Source of the DNA: a virus
Lineage: Duplodnaviria > Caudoviricetes
Reading direction: 5' to 3' (one strand)
IMG/VR virus record: IMGVR_UViG_641201351_000001
Location: 64,001 to 128,000 of that record
Length of the DNA: 64,000 bases
Part shown: piece by piece, positions 41,280 to 51,154 of the stretch
How the letters are laid out: each line of letters begins with the position of its first letter
Position numbering within the stretch: position 1 is the first letter of the stretch
Program-made: the position numbers and the translations under genes
The notes under the pieces: model-generated
What the model was told of the DNA's origin: nothing
Seen by the model: only the letters and a program-made list of their open reading frames with translations
Database searches by the model: none

Positions 41280-41421
41280 GTCTTCAAGCTAACACAATAG
41301 CGAAACGCTGTCAAGCGTTGGTACACTAATAATAAAGTCTGGAAAGTCTAGACGATAGACACCTTGGTACACTATTACCAAAGTCTGGAGGATAGAGATA
41401 CTAGCTGAAATATTGACATAG

Positions 41422-41928
41422 TTAGACATAAGGAAAAGTTCTCCTAAACTTAGTCTTTAGTGAAAATTCAATTGTCTTTTCACCAGTAAAGAAGTGAGTT
41501 CCTAGAGAAAAGGTAAAACTTTTTGCATCTTTATTCTCAAAGATTCTATCTTGTGCTTTTTTAGTTGTAAGATAAAAGTCTTCAAGTAATGCGTTTACTT
41601 CCTTTGGTGAACCTAGAGTTTTGTATTCGATGTGTGAAGCATACTGATTTAATTTAAAGTTCACATCAAAAAAGGTTTCTTCGTAGATGCTTAGAATTAA
41701 TTTTGTTGGCAAGAATTTACTAAACAAATCTAGGAAAAGATTATAGGTTCTAAAAATCTCATCGCTATACAAATGAAAAGTGTGCAAGTGTTTTGTAGAC
41801 TTGGTTTTGAAGTTGATTGATTTGTTTATTTTTTTAATGTTACTTTCTTCTAGTGAAAGGATAACTTCTACTAATTCAAAGGCAGGATGACAATAAATTT
41901 TTACTTTATTTTCTTGCGTGCTTTTCAT
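41422..41928 (-). CDS. array protein, C-terminus FPYV
   Basis: Leaderless: TTGACA-17-TATACT-6 nt-ATG 41928. Confidence 0.75.
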   Translation of the reverse strand: MKSTQENKVKIYCHPAFELVEVILSLEESNIKKINKSINFKTKSTKHLHTFHLYSDEIFRTYNLFLDLFSKFLPTKLILSIYEETFFDVNFKLNQYASHIEYKTLGSPKEVNALLEDFYLTTKKAQDRIFENKDAKSFTFSLGTHFFTGEKTIEFSLKTKFRRTFPYV

Positions 41929-41968
41929 GTTTTGAGTATATGCGATTTGCTTTTTGTTGTCAAGTGTG

Positions 41969-42520
41969 TCAGAACACATCTTTTGTTTTTTTAAGAACTA
42001 AGGCTGCTTTAAGGATATAGTAGAAGTGTTTTGACTCCTCTACAGACGATTTTATGATCAAATAGTTGTATACAAAAATTAATCTAGCATTTCGTACAAT
42101 CGCTTGTTTTGTAGATTCGTTTAGGTTTTCGTTTATTTTTGAAACAAACAAGCTTAAATTTAGGTCTTCAATATAATCTTTTTGCTGTTTGTATTCTACT
42201 GAACGAATATCGTTGTTTTCGTCTTCAATTCCTTCTACTAATGCGAAGAATGTAGTTTTGCCTTGAGGATTTCTTGCTTTGTTCGCTAAAAATCTTTTAA
42301 ACAGCTTTATTACATCATAAGTTCTCATTAGCGAAACAGTATTTTTTGTTTCGTTGTAATTAAAATCATTTCTATTAAACCTTTCTTCCTCTGCTGCCAA
42401 AGTAAAAAAGCTTTCTATTACTTCTTCTTCTGATTTATCTTTATTGGTGTAGTGTATATAAAAGCACAACGAAAAATTATCTAGTTCGTAAGGATAGGTA
42501 TTGATTAACTCAAAAGACAT
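41969..42520 (-). CDS. array protein family i, C-terminus KDVF
   Basis: Paralog of 42510 (E.IN..P..L, SLFxxxxN). Confidence 0.75.
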   Translation of the reverse strand: MSFELINTYPYELDNFSLCFYIHYTNKDKSEEEVIESFFTLAAEEERFNRNDFNYNETKNTVSLMRTYDVIKLFKRFLANKARNPQGKTTFFALVEGIEDENNDIRSVEYKQQKDYIEDLNLSLFVSKINENLNESTKQAIVRNARLIFVYNYLIIKSSVEESKHFYYILKAALVLKKTKDVF

Positions 42521-43076
42521 CTTTGCCTCCTTCAAAAGAAAGCGTTAATTTAAACAAATTAGTCGAGTTTATAGCAGCTTCTTTTGCTTTGTATTTGTAA
42601 GAAAGATAAGATATCACTTCAAATTCTTTAGCTTCGAAGTAAAAGACTTTAGGCAGTCCTTGTGCGATATATTTGTTTAGGTTTTCGCTAAATAGCGAAA
42701 TAGAAAATTCTTTTATTGGCGTTTCTATCTTTATCAGCTCATGTTCGTCAAGGTATGCGCATTCTGCAACACATGTCATTTCAAAGTAAAAGAACCTTTC
42801 TTTAATAAACTTTTTATCTTTTGAGAAATAGTCTTTCGCAAAATTTTCAAACATATCACGAATTTTTTCTTCTCCTTTTAGAATAAACAAGTTTCTTTCT
42901 TCATCAAAGTCGATGAGATTTTCTCTTAGTTCTATGTAGTTGTCAATAGCGCCAATTTTTTCATATCCTCCATTAATTCTTGAATAAAACTTAGAGAAAT
43001 GTTCAACCTTTGCGCTTTTAAGCGAAAAAGGAACAAAGTTATTAATTTCAATCGCTTTGCTTTTTTCCTCTTTCAT
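42510..43076 (-). CDS. array protein family i, C-terminus KDVF
   Basis: GGAGGTG SD gives the start MKEEKS. Confidence 0.75.
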   Translation of the reverse strand: MKEEKSKAIEINNFVPFSLKSAKVEHFSKFYSRINGGYEKIGAIDNYIELRENLIDFDEERNLFILKGEEKIRDMFENFAKDYFSKDKKFIKERFFYFEMTCVAECAYLDEHELIKIETPIKEFSISLFSENLNKYIAQGLPKVFYFEAKEFEVISYLSYKYKAKEAAINSTNLFKLTLSFEGGKDVF

Positions 43077-43089
43077 GCTCACCTCCTTC

Positions 43090-43539
43090 TCAGAACAGCT
43101 CATCTCTTACTAGTCTTACTGATATGTCTACAGAACGCTTCTTTCTTGATAGCTCATTATCTAAAAACTCAACGTAGATCGTCATGTAAAATATAGCTTT
43201 TGGAAAGTCTTTGTTTTTGCTCAAAATGTCGTATAAAGTGTTTCTTATTTCATTCGTTATGTCAAACTTAAAAATTTCTTCTAAAGAGTAAGACTTTTCG
43301 TAGTCGTGAATTATTTCTTGCTTTTTGCTAGGTTCAGGATAAATCATAAAGAAAGACAAAACAACAGAAAATATTCCTGCTTTTTTTGCCTTTGCGATTA
43401 TAAAGTCATCTCTTAGTTCTCTTCTAATGATTTCAAATTCGTTAAGAAATTCTTCATAATTTTCAAAGTCTTTTTCTTCGTTAAGATGTCTTAGCGCTAT
43501 TGTAGCGCTTTCAAATTTAGCGAAAGGCAAACCTAACAT
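43090..43539 (-). CDS. array protein family f, C-terminus DELF
   Basis: Paralog of 45328 (NYEEFL.E, SY.LEE.F..DITN.I.N.LY). Confidence 0.78.
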   Translation of the reverse strand: MLGLPFAKFESATIALRHLNEEKDFENYEEFLNEFEIIRRELRDDFIIAKAKKAGIFSVVLSFFMIYPEPSKKQEIIHDYEKSYSLEEIFKFDITNEIRNTLYDILSKNKDFPKAIFYMTIYVEFLDNELSRKKRSVDISVRLVRDELF

Positions 43540-43551
43540 GTTCGCCTCCTT

Positions 43552-44046
43552 TCAAAACAAGTCTTCGTGCATATAGAAGAAGTTTTTGCTGAGATGAAAT
43601 ATTAAATTAGAATTTTCAAAAAACATATCTACATCAATGAAAATGCTTTCGCTTCCTGTTACTAAAGCGCCAAAGCGAAGCATTGAATAAGATGCTTTTT
43701 CAAGAAATTCTTTGATTTCTTCGTAATTCTTTAATGCGAGGTTTTCTTTATAAGACGCTTTAGGAAACATTTCTTTGTAATAGCATCTAATCTCAACCTT
43801 ATATTTTTCGATGTCAAATTCTCGCATGAGATTGAAAAATTTGTCTTTAAAAGACAACGCTTTTCTGCTATTAGTAAAGACTAAACCTTCTTCATTTTTC
43901 TTAAGAACATTTTTTGTTCTTTTAAGAACGACTTTTTCTTCAAAATTTCTTCTGTAGTCGTCTGTCTTATCAATAACAAAGAAGCTTATTTTTACTTTTT
44001 CAAGCTTGTAAGGAATTTCTTCTTTCACAAAGAAGTCAAGTTTCAT
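43552..44046 (-). CDS. array protein family e, C-terminus EDLF
   Basis: Paralog of 44772 (FVKEExPYK, NSxKAL). Confidence 0.78.
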   Translation of the reverse strand: MKLDFFVKEEIPYKLEKVKISFFVIDKTDDYRRNFEEKVVLKRTKNVLKKNEEGLVFTNSRKALSFKDKFFNLMREFDIEKYKVEIRCYYKEMFPKASYKENLALKNYEEIKEFLEKASYSMLRFGALVTGSESIFIDVDMFFENSNLIFHLSKNFFYMHEDLF

Positions 44047-44140
44047 TTTGCACCTCCTCTTGCAGAGGGGATTATACAACGGGACAGGACGCATGTCAAG
44101 GCCTCAGGAGTTAATTAAAAGACATTTAATTTCACTAGAG

Positions 44141-44644
44141 TTAAAAAGGATCATTTCTCGCTATACGAATTGTCATTTCTAGATTTGTTTTTACATCTGA
44201 ATCGTAGTTGTCTTTTATTGACTCGTAGATTAAGTAAAACGAAAAAGAAATCTCATAAAAGCTAGGAATTTCTTTCATAGTTTTCTTAACAATCTTTTTC
44301 AAGGTTGACTTAATATTTAGCGAACTGAAATTCTCAATGTTGTAGTGAACAGGCTCAACCTGATAGAAATCTCTTTCTTGTTGACCTGACAACAAATCTT
44401 TAGCATAAAAGTAAACAGAATAAAAATGATAAGCATTAAAATGCAAGTTTGCTATTTCTTCTTTTTGTTTCAAAGACTTAAAGATATTTAGTTCTTTTAT
44501 TATCCTTTTGTGAAGCAGTCTAAAAGCGCTGATAAATTCAGAAAAGTTTGAAGTGTTTAGATGATAGTTCTCAACAGATGTTTCTTTGTCTTTTCTAGCG
44601 AAAGACAACTTTGCGCTATTTACTTTCGCATAGCTAGTCAACAC
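44141..44644 (-). CDS. array protein, C-terminus NDPF
   Basis: Own promoter and GGAGGTG SD; GTG start at ~44644. Confidence 0.72.
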   Translation of the reverse strand: MLTSYAKVNSAKLSFARKDKETSVENYHLNTSNFSEFISAFRLLHKRIIKELNIFKSLKQKEEIANLHFNAYHFYSVYFYAKDLLSGQQERDFYQVEPVHYNIENFSSLNIKSTLKKIVKKTMKEIPSFYEISFSFYLIYESIKDNYDSDVKTNLEMTIRIARNDPF

Positions 44645-44771
44645 AACGCACCTCCTCTCAAGCTCTAGGATAAGCGCTATAGGACGCTTTGTCAAGAGTC
44701 TAGTGTCGTCAACTAAGCGAAGCGAAATAAGGCTTTATCTTGCGTGAAAATCTTATTTAAACTTTAATTCG

Positions 44772-45290
44772 CTAAAACACGCTTAAAAACTTGTACTTTA
44801 AGGATGTGTTAAAAGAAAACACTAACGAAAATTCATCTATGTCAACATAAAGATCCTTTCCTGAAGTCAAAATGAAATTGTTAAGGTTTAGTTTAAGCGC
44901 TTCTTTTATCGCTAGCGAAGAAAAACTTTTAAGAATTTCTTTGCTTTCTTCTAGTTTGCTTAGTTTGTGATTTTGCTTTAAGAAGACTTTGAAATTTGGA
45001 TCCTCATAAAATGCAGAAACTTTAAAATCGTAATGCTCAATATTAAAAAGTTCTAAGGCGTTGAAAAAATGTTTTCTAAGTTCTAAAGCTTTTGTGCTAT
45101 TAATAAACAGCAGATCTTCTTTATCTTTTCTAAATTTCTTTTTGTTTGGCGTAAATATTAATTTTTCTTTTCGAACTAATTTTCTAGAATAGCTAATTCC
45201 ATAACTGACTTCTTTTTCGATGTAAAAATAAAGGCTAACTCTAGTGATTTTGTAAGGCATTTCTTCTTTGACAAAAAGCTCAAACTTCAT
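44772..45290 (-). CDS. array protein family e, C-terminus LSVF
   Basis: Paralog of 43552. Confidence 0.78.
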   Translation of the reverse strand: MKFELFVKEEMPYKITRVSLYFYIEKEVSYGISYSRKLVRKEKLIFTPNKKKFRKDKEDLLFINSTKALELRKHFFNALELFNIEHYDFKVSAFYEDPNFKVFLKQNHKLSKLEESKEILKSFSSLAIKEALKLNLNNFILTSGKDLYVDIDEFSLVFSFNTSLKYKFLSVF

Positions 45291-45327
45291 CTTCCACCTC
45301 CTTAGGAATGTCCTTCCTGGTGGTTCT

Positions 45328-45819
45328 CTAGAAAGGAAAATTGCTAACAACTTCTACTGAACACGATATGGACTGTTTTTTGTAAATTTCCTTATTTTTA
45401 AAATAAGCTGCATAAATCAACAAATTAAATTGCGCCTTTGAAAAAAATCCACAGGTTTTTAAAGCTTTATATAAGAGATTTTCAATGCTGTTTGTTATAT
45501 CAAGGTCAAAAACTTCCTCTAGTTTGTAAGATTCTCCAGAGATATATTCTCCAAAGAGGTCTAAGTCATCAATGAGGAGTCCTTTCTCTATTGGTAAATA
45601 GATAAGGTCAGAAAAAGAGATGGCATTTATCTCTAAATTATTTCCTTTAGCAAAAAGATATTCATCTTTTACTTTGTTAATATGGTTTTTAAGCTCCATT
45701 AAAAATTCTTCATAGTTGCGAAAACTTTTGGCTTCTTCTAAAGCAAAATCTTTTTTTATCTTCTTAGAATATTCTGTTTTGACATAAGCGATTTTGAATT
45801 CTGTGAAGGCTAACCTCAC
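45328..45819 (-). CDS. array protein family f, C-terminus NFPF
   Basis: Paralog of 43090. Confidence 0.78.
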   Translation of the reverse strand: MRLAFTEFKIAYVKTEYSKKIKKDFALEEAKSFRNYEEFLMELKNHINKVKDEYLFAKGNNLEINAISFSDLIYLPIEKGLLIDDLDLFGEYISGESYKLEEVFDLDITNSIENLLYKALKTCGFFSKAQFNLLIYAAYFKNKEIYKKQSISCSVEVVSNFPF

Positions 45820-45997
45820 GCTACACACCTCCCCTCTGCTACCCCAACTATAAGCCTCACAAGGCCCTATGTCAAGGGGGGGTTAGTGTGTTTTTACTAG
45901 AAGAAGCACGGCGAGGCTTTTATTGTGAGTGAAATCTTGTTTAAACATTTTTGGGTGGTACACTATTATCCAAGTCTGGAAGGACAAACAAACAACG

Positions 45998-46513
45998 CTA
46001 GAAAACCTCATTACCCTTCTTGTATTCAAACTTCACTACGAAGAGTTTTTCTGTGCTTTCAACTTCTTTGTTTGCTAGTAGTCCCTGTAGAAGCGTAGGA
46101 AACTTGATGATAGTTGCATTAAAGCGAAAGTAGTAAGTAATGCTCACCATTCCTTCTCTTAAAGCTTTTATTGTGATAGATTTTCCAAATAGGTTTATCA
46201 TTGAAGCGAATTCGTTTTCATTAAAGTTTGCAATTATGTTGTTTTCTTTACAAATGTAAATCGGCAGAGAAACTAGTTTGTAAGGTGAGAACATTAAGTA
46301 GGAGAACTCAAAAGATGAGTCTACTTTTACTAGTCCAGACTTTGAAGATAGGTCTTTTTTAAATTCCTCTAAGTAGTATTTGACTTCTTCAAAAAAGTTG
46401 TAAAAATCAAAATAATCTTTGTATAGTGATTGTTTTAATGCTTTTTTATTTTTTGCCTCCTTGTAGAGAATTGTGATAAAATCTAAGGAGTAAGGAAGAA
46501 AGCTCTCAAACAT
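45998..46513 (-). CDS. array protein, C-terminus NEVF
   Basis: Own promoter adjacent to motif B. Confidence 0.75.
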   Translation of the reverse strand: MFESFLPYSLDFITILYKEAKNKKALKQSLYKDYFDFYNFFEEVKYYLEEFKKDLSSKSGLVKVDSSFEFSYLMFSPYKLVSLPIYICKENNIIANFNENEFASMINLFGKSITIKALREGMVSITYYFRFNATIIKFPTLLQGLLANKEVESTEKLFVVKFEYKKGNEVF

Positions 46514-46560
46514 GTCTTTATCCTCTCGCTTGCGATAATATCGCCTAAATCATAGGCAGG

Positions 46561-47145
46561 TCAAGAGGTTGGTACACTATTATAGGAATCTGGAAGATAC
46601 TCACTAACAGCGAAAGAATAAAGAAATACTATCTCTAGATAAGGATAAAGAAGTTCAAAGTATTTGTATCTTCCTCTAGCAAACGATGCTACTATTTCGA
46701 CACCTTCAAGATTTTCGTTTAATTCTTCTTCTGTATTATTCAAGAAGTTTTCTTTTTCTTTAATTAAAGCGTTATAGACATTTTCAACTGTTGTGTTTCT
46801 TCCTAGGTTTACTTCTTTGATTTCAGGAATGTAGCTCAAGGTCTTTTCTTTCATGTTCTTTATTTGTTTGTGATAAATCTTGACGAAAGAAAGCGTTAAA
46901 TAGAGGTCAAGAGAGAAGTTTGCGTTTAGAACTTTGTCTAAAGATAAAGTTTTTTTGATGAATGTCTTTATGATAAAAGACAGCTTTTCTTCACAAAATT
47001 CTTTTTTGCGAGTATCTAATTCAACATAGATCAAGGTTCTTTTTGATGTATTTCTTATTTCCAGCTTTGATAGCTTTCTTATTTCCAGAGAAGAGCCGCT
47101 ATCAAAGTGTATTGTTGCTTTTTCTAGTGTGATGTTCGTCTTCAT
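46561..47145 (-). CDS. array protein family h, C-terminus LPDSYNSVPTS encoded by motif B
   Basis: Paralog of 48165 (FIKxT..xxKxL, KE.E/RN.L, LE.V..Y). Confidence 0.78.
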   Translation of the reverse strand: MKTNITLEKATIHFDSGSSLEIRKLSKLEIRNTSKRTLIYVELDTRKKEFCEEKLSFIIKTFIKKTLSLDKVLNANFSLDLYLTLSFVKIYHKQIKNMKEKTLSYIPEIKEVNLGRNTTVENVYNALIKEKENFLNNTEEELNENLEGVEIVASFARGRYKYFELLYPYLEIVFLYSFAVSEYLPDSYNSVPTS

Positions 47146-47156
47146 GTTTCTTTACC

Positions 47157-47654
47157 TCAGAATAAGACATTAAACTCAAAAGAAACTTCTATGCGCAAAT
47201 CTTGTGAAATAGTCGCTTTATTAGTTTTTAACTTTGCGAAAGATAAAAAGAAGACATTGAGCGTTTTTTCTTCTTTAATAGCATATTTATAGCGTTTATT
47301 AATTTCACGCTGCATTAGACTAAAAATCTTTTGTTCACTAAATTCTTCTAAGCTAATAAACTTCTTTCCTAAGCGCTTTCTTAGCTCTTTGTAAGGCATA
47401 TCGAAATAATAATCGCTTGATAGCAAAGATACGACTGCAAAATGTCCTAATTTGAAAAAAGGCGAATTAAAGTATCTTTTTAAAATCTCAAAACTCCTTG
47501 AGAAATTAGTAAACGCTTGATCAAAGAATTCGCTTCTTTCTTCTTCAAAAAACTCAGTTTTCCTAGTTGAAAGAAGGCTATCGTTAATCAAATATTCTTT
47601 TATAAACCTCAAACTTTTAGGTTTTTGCAGCGAAAAAAGCTCTTCGATTTTCAT
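47157..47654 (-). CDS. array protein family g, C-terminus NVLF
   Basis: Paralog of 48689 (KR...S..F..G.F.V.SL.S, EEFSE). Confidence 0.78.
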   Translation of the reverse strand: MKIEELFSLQKPKSLRFIKEYLINDSLLSTRKTEFFEEERSEFFDQAFTNFSRSFEILKRYFNSPFFKLGHFAVVSLLSSDYYFDMPYKELRKRLGKKFISLEEFSEQKIFSLMQREINKRYKYAIKEEKTLNVFFLSFAKLKTNKATISQDLRIEVSFEFNVLF

Positions 47655-47662
47655 GCTCTCAC

Positions 47663-48133
47663 CTAAAAGACTTCTTTTCTTTCTAGAGTAGCTTCTACTT
47701 CTAGAAAGACTTTATCAAGGTTTCTTGTTAGATAGCCTAGTTCTATGAAGATTACTATTGCAGTAATTTCTTTTTCGTTCCTAAACGCTTCATTGTAAAT
47801 TTGACTTATGCTTCCTTCAATAAATTTTAGGACTGACTTTTTATTAACGAAAGAAGTATTTTTAACGCCCAAATCTTCAAATTTAGGTGTTCCGTTTTTT
47901 GTATTTGTGATTAGTGTATAGTGTATTTTTAAAATGTCTTGCACAACATCGCCTTCAGAATTTTTTGTTTGCTGATAGTATTTTGAAATGAAACCTTTAA
48001 GGTACTTATAAAAGTCTTTAGCTTTTTCTTCTTTAAGTATCTTTTTAAACGAAAAATTATTTTCTTCATCTTTTGAGTTTTTAAAGTATTCAAAGGCAAA
48101 CTTCACTTTCACGAATTCAAAAGGCGCTAGCAT
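47663..48133 (-). CDS. array protein, C-terminus KEVF
   Basis: Leaderless: TTGACA-17-TAGCAT-6 nt-ATG. Confidence 0.75.
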   Translation of the reverse strand: MLAPFEFVKVKFAFEYFKNSKDEENNFSFKKILKEEKAKDFYKYLKGFISKYYQQTKNSEGDVVQDILKIHYTLITNTKNGTPKFEDLGVKNTSFVNKKSVLKFIEGSISQIYNEAFRNEKEITAIVIFIELGYLTRNLDKVFLEVEATLERKEVF

Positions 48134-48164
48134 AGCTTCATGCTAGCACGACAAGTCAATCGTG

Positions 48165-48677
48165 TCAACTTGGTACACTATTACTAAAGTCTGGAAGATG
48201 TACTATGTCGTAGTAGTATACAACCTCTAGAGATGCAACATGATCATCCTTATAAGGTGATCCTTTAGTGAAGATTATTGAAATGATAATCTGATCCTTT
48301 TTGTCTATGTTTTTTAGCTTTAACAGCTTTGTTAGCAATTCGTTTCTTTCTTTGAGGATTGTCTTAAGCACTTCTTCTGGTTTTATATCGTATCCAAGAG
48401 GTTTTTCTTTAGTATCAAGGTCTTCTTTCCTCATGTTGTGATTGACTGCTAAATAGAAATCTTCGTCTTCATATACTTCAAGAAGTTTTTCAATTTCTAT
48501 TGTTTGTTTTATAAACTTAAGCATTAGTTGAATTGCTTTTTCTTCTAGTTCTTTTTCTTCGTGATCTTTGTTGAAGGTAAATTTGTATTTATTTTCTGCT
48601 GCTTTTAAAAGTCCTTTTGACGCAGCAAAAGACTCCTGTAAGTAAAAAAGTGCGATTTCGCTGAGCTTCAGTTTCAT
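48165..48677 (-). CDS. array protein family h, C-terminus LPDFSNSVPS encoded by motif B
   Basis: Paralog of 46561; its stop codon lies within the next gene's -35 box. Confidence 0.78.
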   Translation of the reverse strand: MKLKLSEIALFYLQESFAASKGLLKAAENKYKFTFNKDHEEKELEEKAIQLMLKFIKQTIEIEKLLEVYEDEDFYLAVNHNMRKEDLDTKEKPLGYDIKPEEVLKTILKERNELLTKLLKLKNIDKKDQIIISIIFTKGSPYKDDHVASLEVVYYYDIVHLPDFSNSVPS

Positions 48678-48688
48678 CTCTTCTCCTT

Positions 48689-49195
48689 TCAAAAAACGCC
48701 GTGCAAAGAGTAGTGCATTTTCAAGAACAATTTTTTTACTATCAAAGATGTTTCTGTCTTTAGCGCAACAAAGAACATAGATTCTAATGATAGGTTTTCG
48801 TTATTTAACAAAGCTTCTCTGTATTTCTTGTAGAAGCATTCTTCTGCTAAACGAGAAAATTTTTCTTCGCTAAATTCTTCAATTCTATAAACATTTTCAG
48901 GAAATCTATCTAGCAGACTTTTTTCTCTGCCATAAATCTCAAAATATTCTTCAGAAAAACTTCCTAAAGAAAAAACTACAAAATAGCCTTTGTGAAAATA
49001 CTTTGACAACACAAACCTTTTGACGATGTTTAACTGCTTCAAAAATACAGCATTAAAGCTTTCAATTTCTTCTTCTGGAAAATTGTAGTAATATTTCTGC
49101 TTTCTAGCTTTAACAAATTTTTTCTTCACGAAGTGCTCAGTCGACACTTCTACGAAAAATATTTTGTGTGTTTTAATCAAGTCTTCAATGCGCAT
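48689..49195 (-). CDS. array protein family g, C-terminus HGVF
   Basis: Paralog of 47157. Confidence 0.78.
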   Translation of the reverse strand: MRIEDLIKTHKIFFVEVSTEHFVKKKFVKARKQKYYYNFPEEEIESFNAVFLKQLNIVKRFVLSKYFHKGYFVVFSLGSFSEEYFEIYGREKSLLDRFPENVYRIEEFSEEKFSRLAEECFYKKYREALLNNENLSLESMFFVALKTETSLIVKKLFLKMHYSLHGVF

Positions 49196-49201
49196 AACAC
49201 C

Positions 49202-49720
49202 TCAAAAGCTAGGAAGAACAATGTCGTTTATTTTTATCGTGTAAGGAGGCTTTAAAGAAAAGATGTGTTCTATTTCTAAAACCCAAACTTTTTCGCTTTG
49301 TTTTATTTCAAAAACTATTCTTGGCGCTATAGATATCGTGTAATCGTTAAAGTTTGTAATATTTTTTCTTATTTCATTTAGTGTTTTTTCTGTGCTTTCA
49401 ATCATTTCATAAGCTTTCTCTTTGAGAAAAAACGAAAGCTTCTTTTTCTTGTCTGACAAAATTTCGTCTTGTTTAATGTTTTTTATGTCCTCGAAGTAAA
49501 ACCTTGTTTTTCCTAAAACATAGCCTCTATAATTGACGAATATGTAAATAGAGATTGTCTTTACATCCTGCTTTAGCGATTTCAATACAAAGCTATCAAG
49601 CGTTTTAATAAGTTTGTCTTTTTCATTCACAGAAAAAACAACATTTGATGCATTCGTGTAGCTAAAGAAGGGTTTGTATATTCCTTTCTTTGTGATTAAG
49701 CAAAGCCTTTCTAATCTCAC
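49202..49720 (-). CDS. array protein, C-terminus LPSF
   Basis: Own promoter adjacent to motif B; GGAGGAG SD. Confidence 0.75.
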   Translation of the reverse strand: MRLERLCLITKKGIYKPFFSYTNASNVVFSVNEKDKLIKTLDSFVLKSLKQDVKTISIYIFVNYRGYVLGKTRFYFEDIKNIKQDEILSDKKKKLSFFLKEKAYEMIESTEKTLNEIRKNITNFNDYTISIAPRIVFEIKQSEKVWVLEIEHIFSLKPPYTIKINDIVLPSF

Positions 49721-49851
49721 TTTTCTCCTCCACAGAAGAAATCATAGAACACAAACCTAAGGCTGTCAAGCGTTGGTACACTATTAATAAGTCTGGAAGA
49801 TGTAAATGACTGACACTTGAAGACTAGGTGTCTATATGCTAGTATGTAGCT

Positions 49852-50388
49852 ATGCATCCTCAGGAAGGTTGGCTTTTTGATGAGTTTGTCTTCTTGAGAA
49901 GAGCGTTTTCTCATTGTTCATATGTTGACAGCAATAACATAGTTCGTGATTATCAGGAAGAAATTGAAAGCTTAGAAAAACTAGAGGCTATTGTTGAATT
50001 AGCAAAGGAAAAATTAAAAGAATATCATAAAGAATTAAAGGAGCTAATTAGGTTTGGATTAAGAATAGAAGAAAATTTTCATTTAATCGCTATAGCAAAC
50101 TTTTATAAGAGGTCATTAAGACACAAGTACGATAGAAAGTTAACGCTTGACGAAGTAATGTCTTTTTCTATTAGAGATGCGATAGACGAAACTATATCGC
50201 ACTTCTTGAGATTTTGTGAAATTGAAGATTTATCTTTGATTTTGAGCTTGAAGTTTCCTTATTTGTCTGTTTACAAGCCTATGTTAATTTCTAGAGCTTA
50301 TGATTGTTTTATGATGATTCCTTATACTTCACAGCTTTTTCACATTAGCGCTGAATTTCTCGTTGATAAAAATTTGCTTGTTTTCTAA
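49852..50388 (+). CDS. inverted array protein, C-terminus LLVF
   Basis: Leaderless TTGAAG-17-TAGTAT-6 nt-ATG; resembles 50385 and family f (LAK.....xxEL, LxEv.s.sI...I). Confidence 0.72.
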   Translation: MHPQEGWLFDEFVFLRRAFSHCSYVDSNNIVRDYQEEIESLEKLEAIVELAKEKLKEYHKELKELIRFGLRIEENFHLIAIANFYKRSLRHKYDRKLTLDEVMSFSIRDAIDETISHFLRFCEIEDLSLILSLKFPYLSVYKPMLISRAYDCFMMIPYTSQLFHISAEFLVDKNLLVF

Positions 50389-51032
50389 AAAAATTCTTCT
50401 ATTTCAGCGATTAAAGAATAATCGAACAAATTTGGTTCGCTTAAAATCTTCACTATCTCTCTAGTGTGTTTGTCAAATATTTTAGTATCTATTTGTTTTG
50501 TGTTTGTCGAATAAAGATCTGATGAAATTTCTTCATCGAAAACATTTAATCGAAAATCAAACTTGAACCGAAAGGAAATTTTTGACATTAAGCCAAAATT
50601 TTTAAGAAAATACATCGTTGCTTTTTCTAACTCTTTTTTTAGAGATAAGGAAGGAAGTTCAGAAAGCTTGTATTCTTTTTTCAAGTCAAATCCTTTGTCT
50701 TCTCCATAGAAGGCTAAAGCGCTAAATTCTAAAGATTCAAAAGTAACGACATTTAATTTGTTGTTGCTGCTTTGATTTCTTACTACTCGTTTTATATTAT
50801 TTAATTCACGATTAAACATCTTAGCTCTATCTTTAGCGAGATTAAAGAAGTTTTTTATTTCTTCAAACACATCACAGTAGTTTGGAAAAAAGTAGCTAAA
50901 TTTTACTTCGCTAAACTCGCAAGAATTTTTTGCAGGCAACTTCTTATCTGCTTTCTTTTCTAGGTAGCTTATGTAGACGAAGCCTCTCGTGAAATTTAGT
51001 ATGTCAAAGGCGCTGAAGGACACTTTAAACAC
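50385..51032 (-). CDS. array protein, C-terminus EEFF
   Basis: GGAGG SD; stop overlaps convergently with 49852..50388. Confidence 0.75.
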   Translation of the reverse strand: MFKVSFSAFDILNFTRGFVYISYLEKKADKKLPAKNSCEFSEVKFSYFFPNYCDVFEEIKNFFNLAKDRAKMFNRELNNIKRVVRNQSSNNKLNVVTFESLEFSALAFYGEDKGFDLKKEYKLSELPSLSLKKELEKATMYFLKNFGLMSKISFRFKFDFRLNVFDEEISSDLYSTNTKQIDTKIFDKHTREIVKILSEPNLFDYSLIAEIEEFF

Positions 51033-51154
51033 CTCCCTCCTACCTCTCTAGTATAGAGGCTAGGCGCAAAGCTGCCAAGCCTTTATTTTTAGGGTAAGCC
51101 TTATTTAAAAGTTTAAACATTTGCTAGATAAAAATCTTTTATGTTCATTATCTC

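Noticed and set aside
49717-49914. 65-aa minus-strand ORF containing INSVPT
   Set aside because: It spans two promoters and overlaps the plus-strand gene; NSVPT simply reflects motif B.
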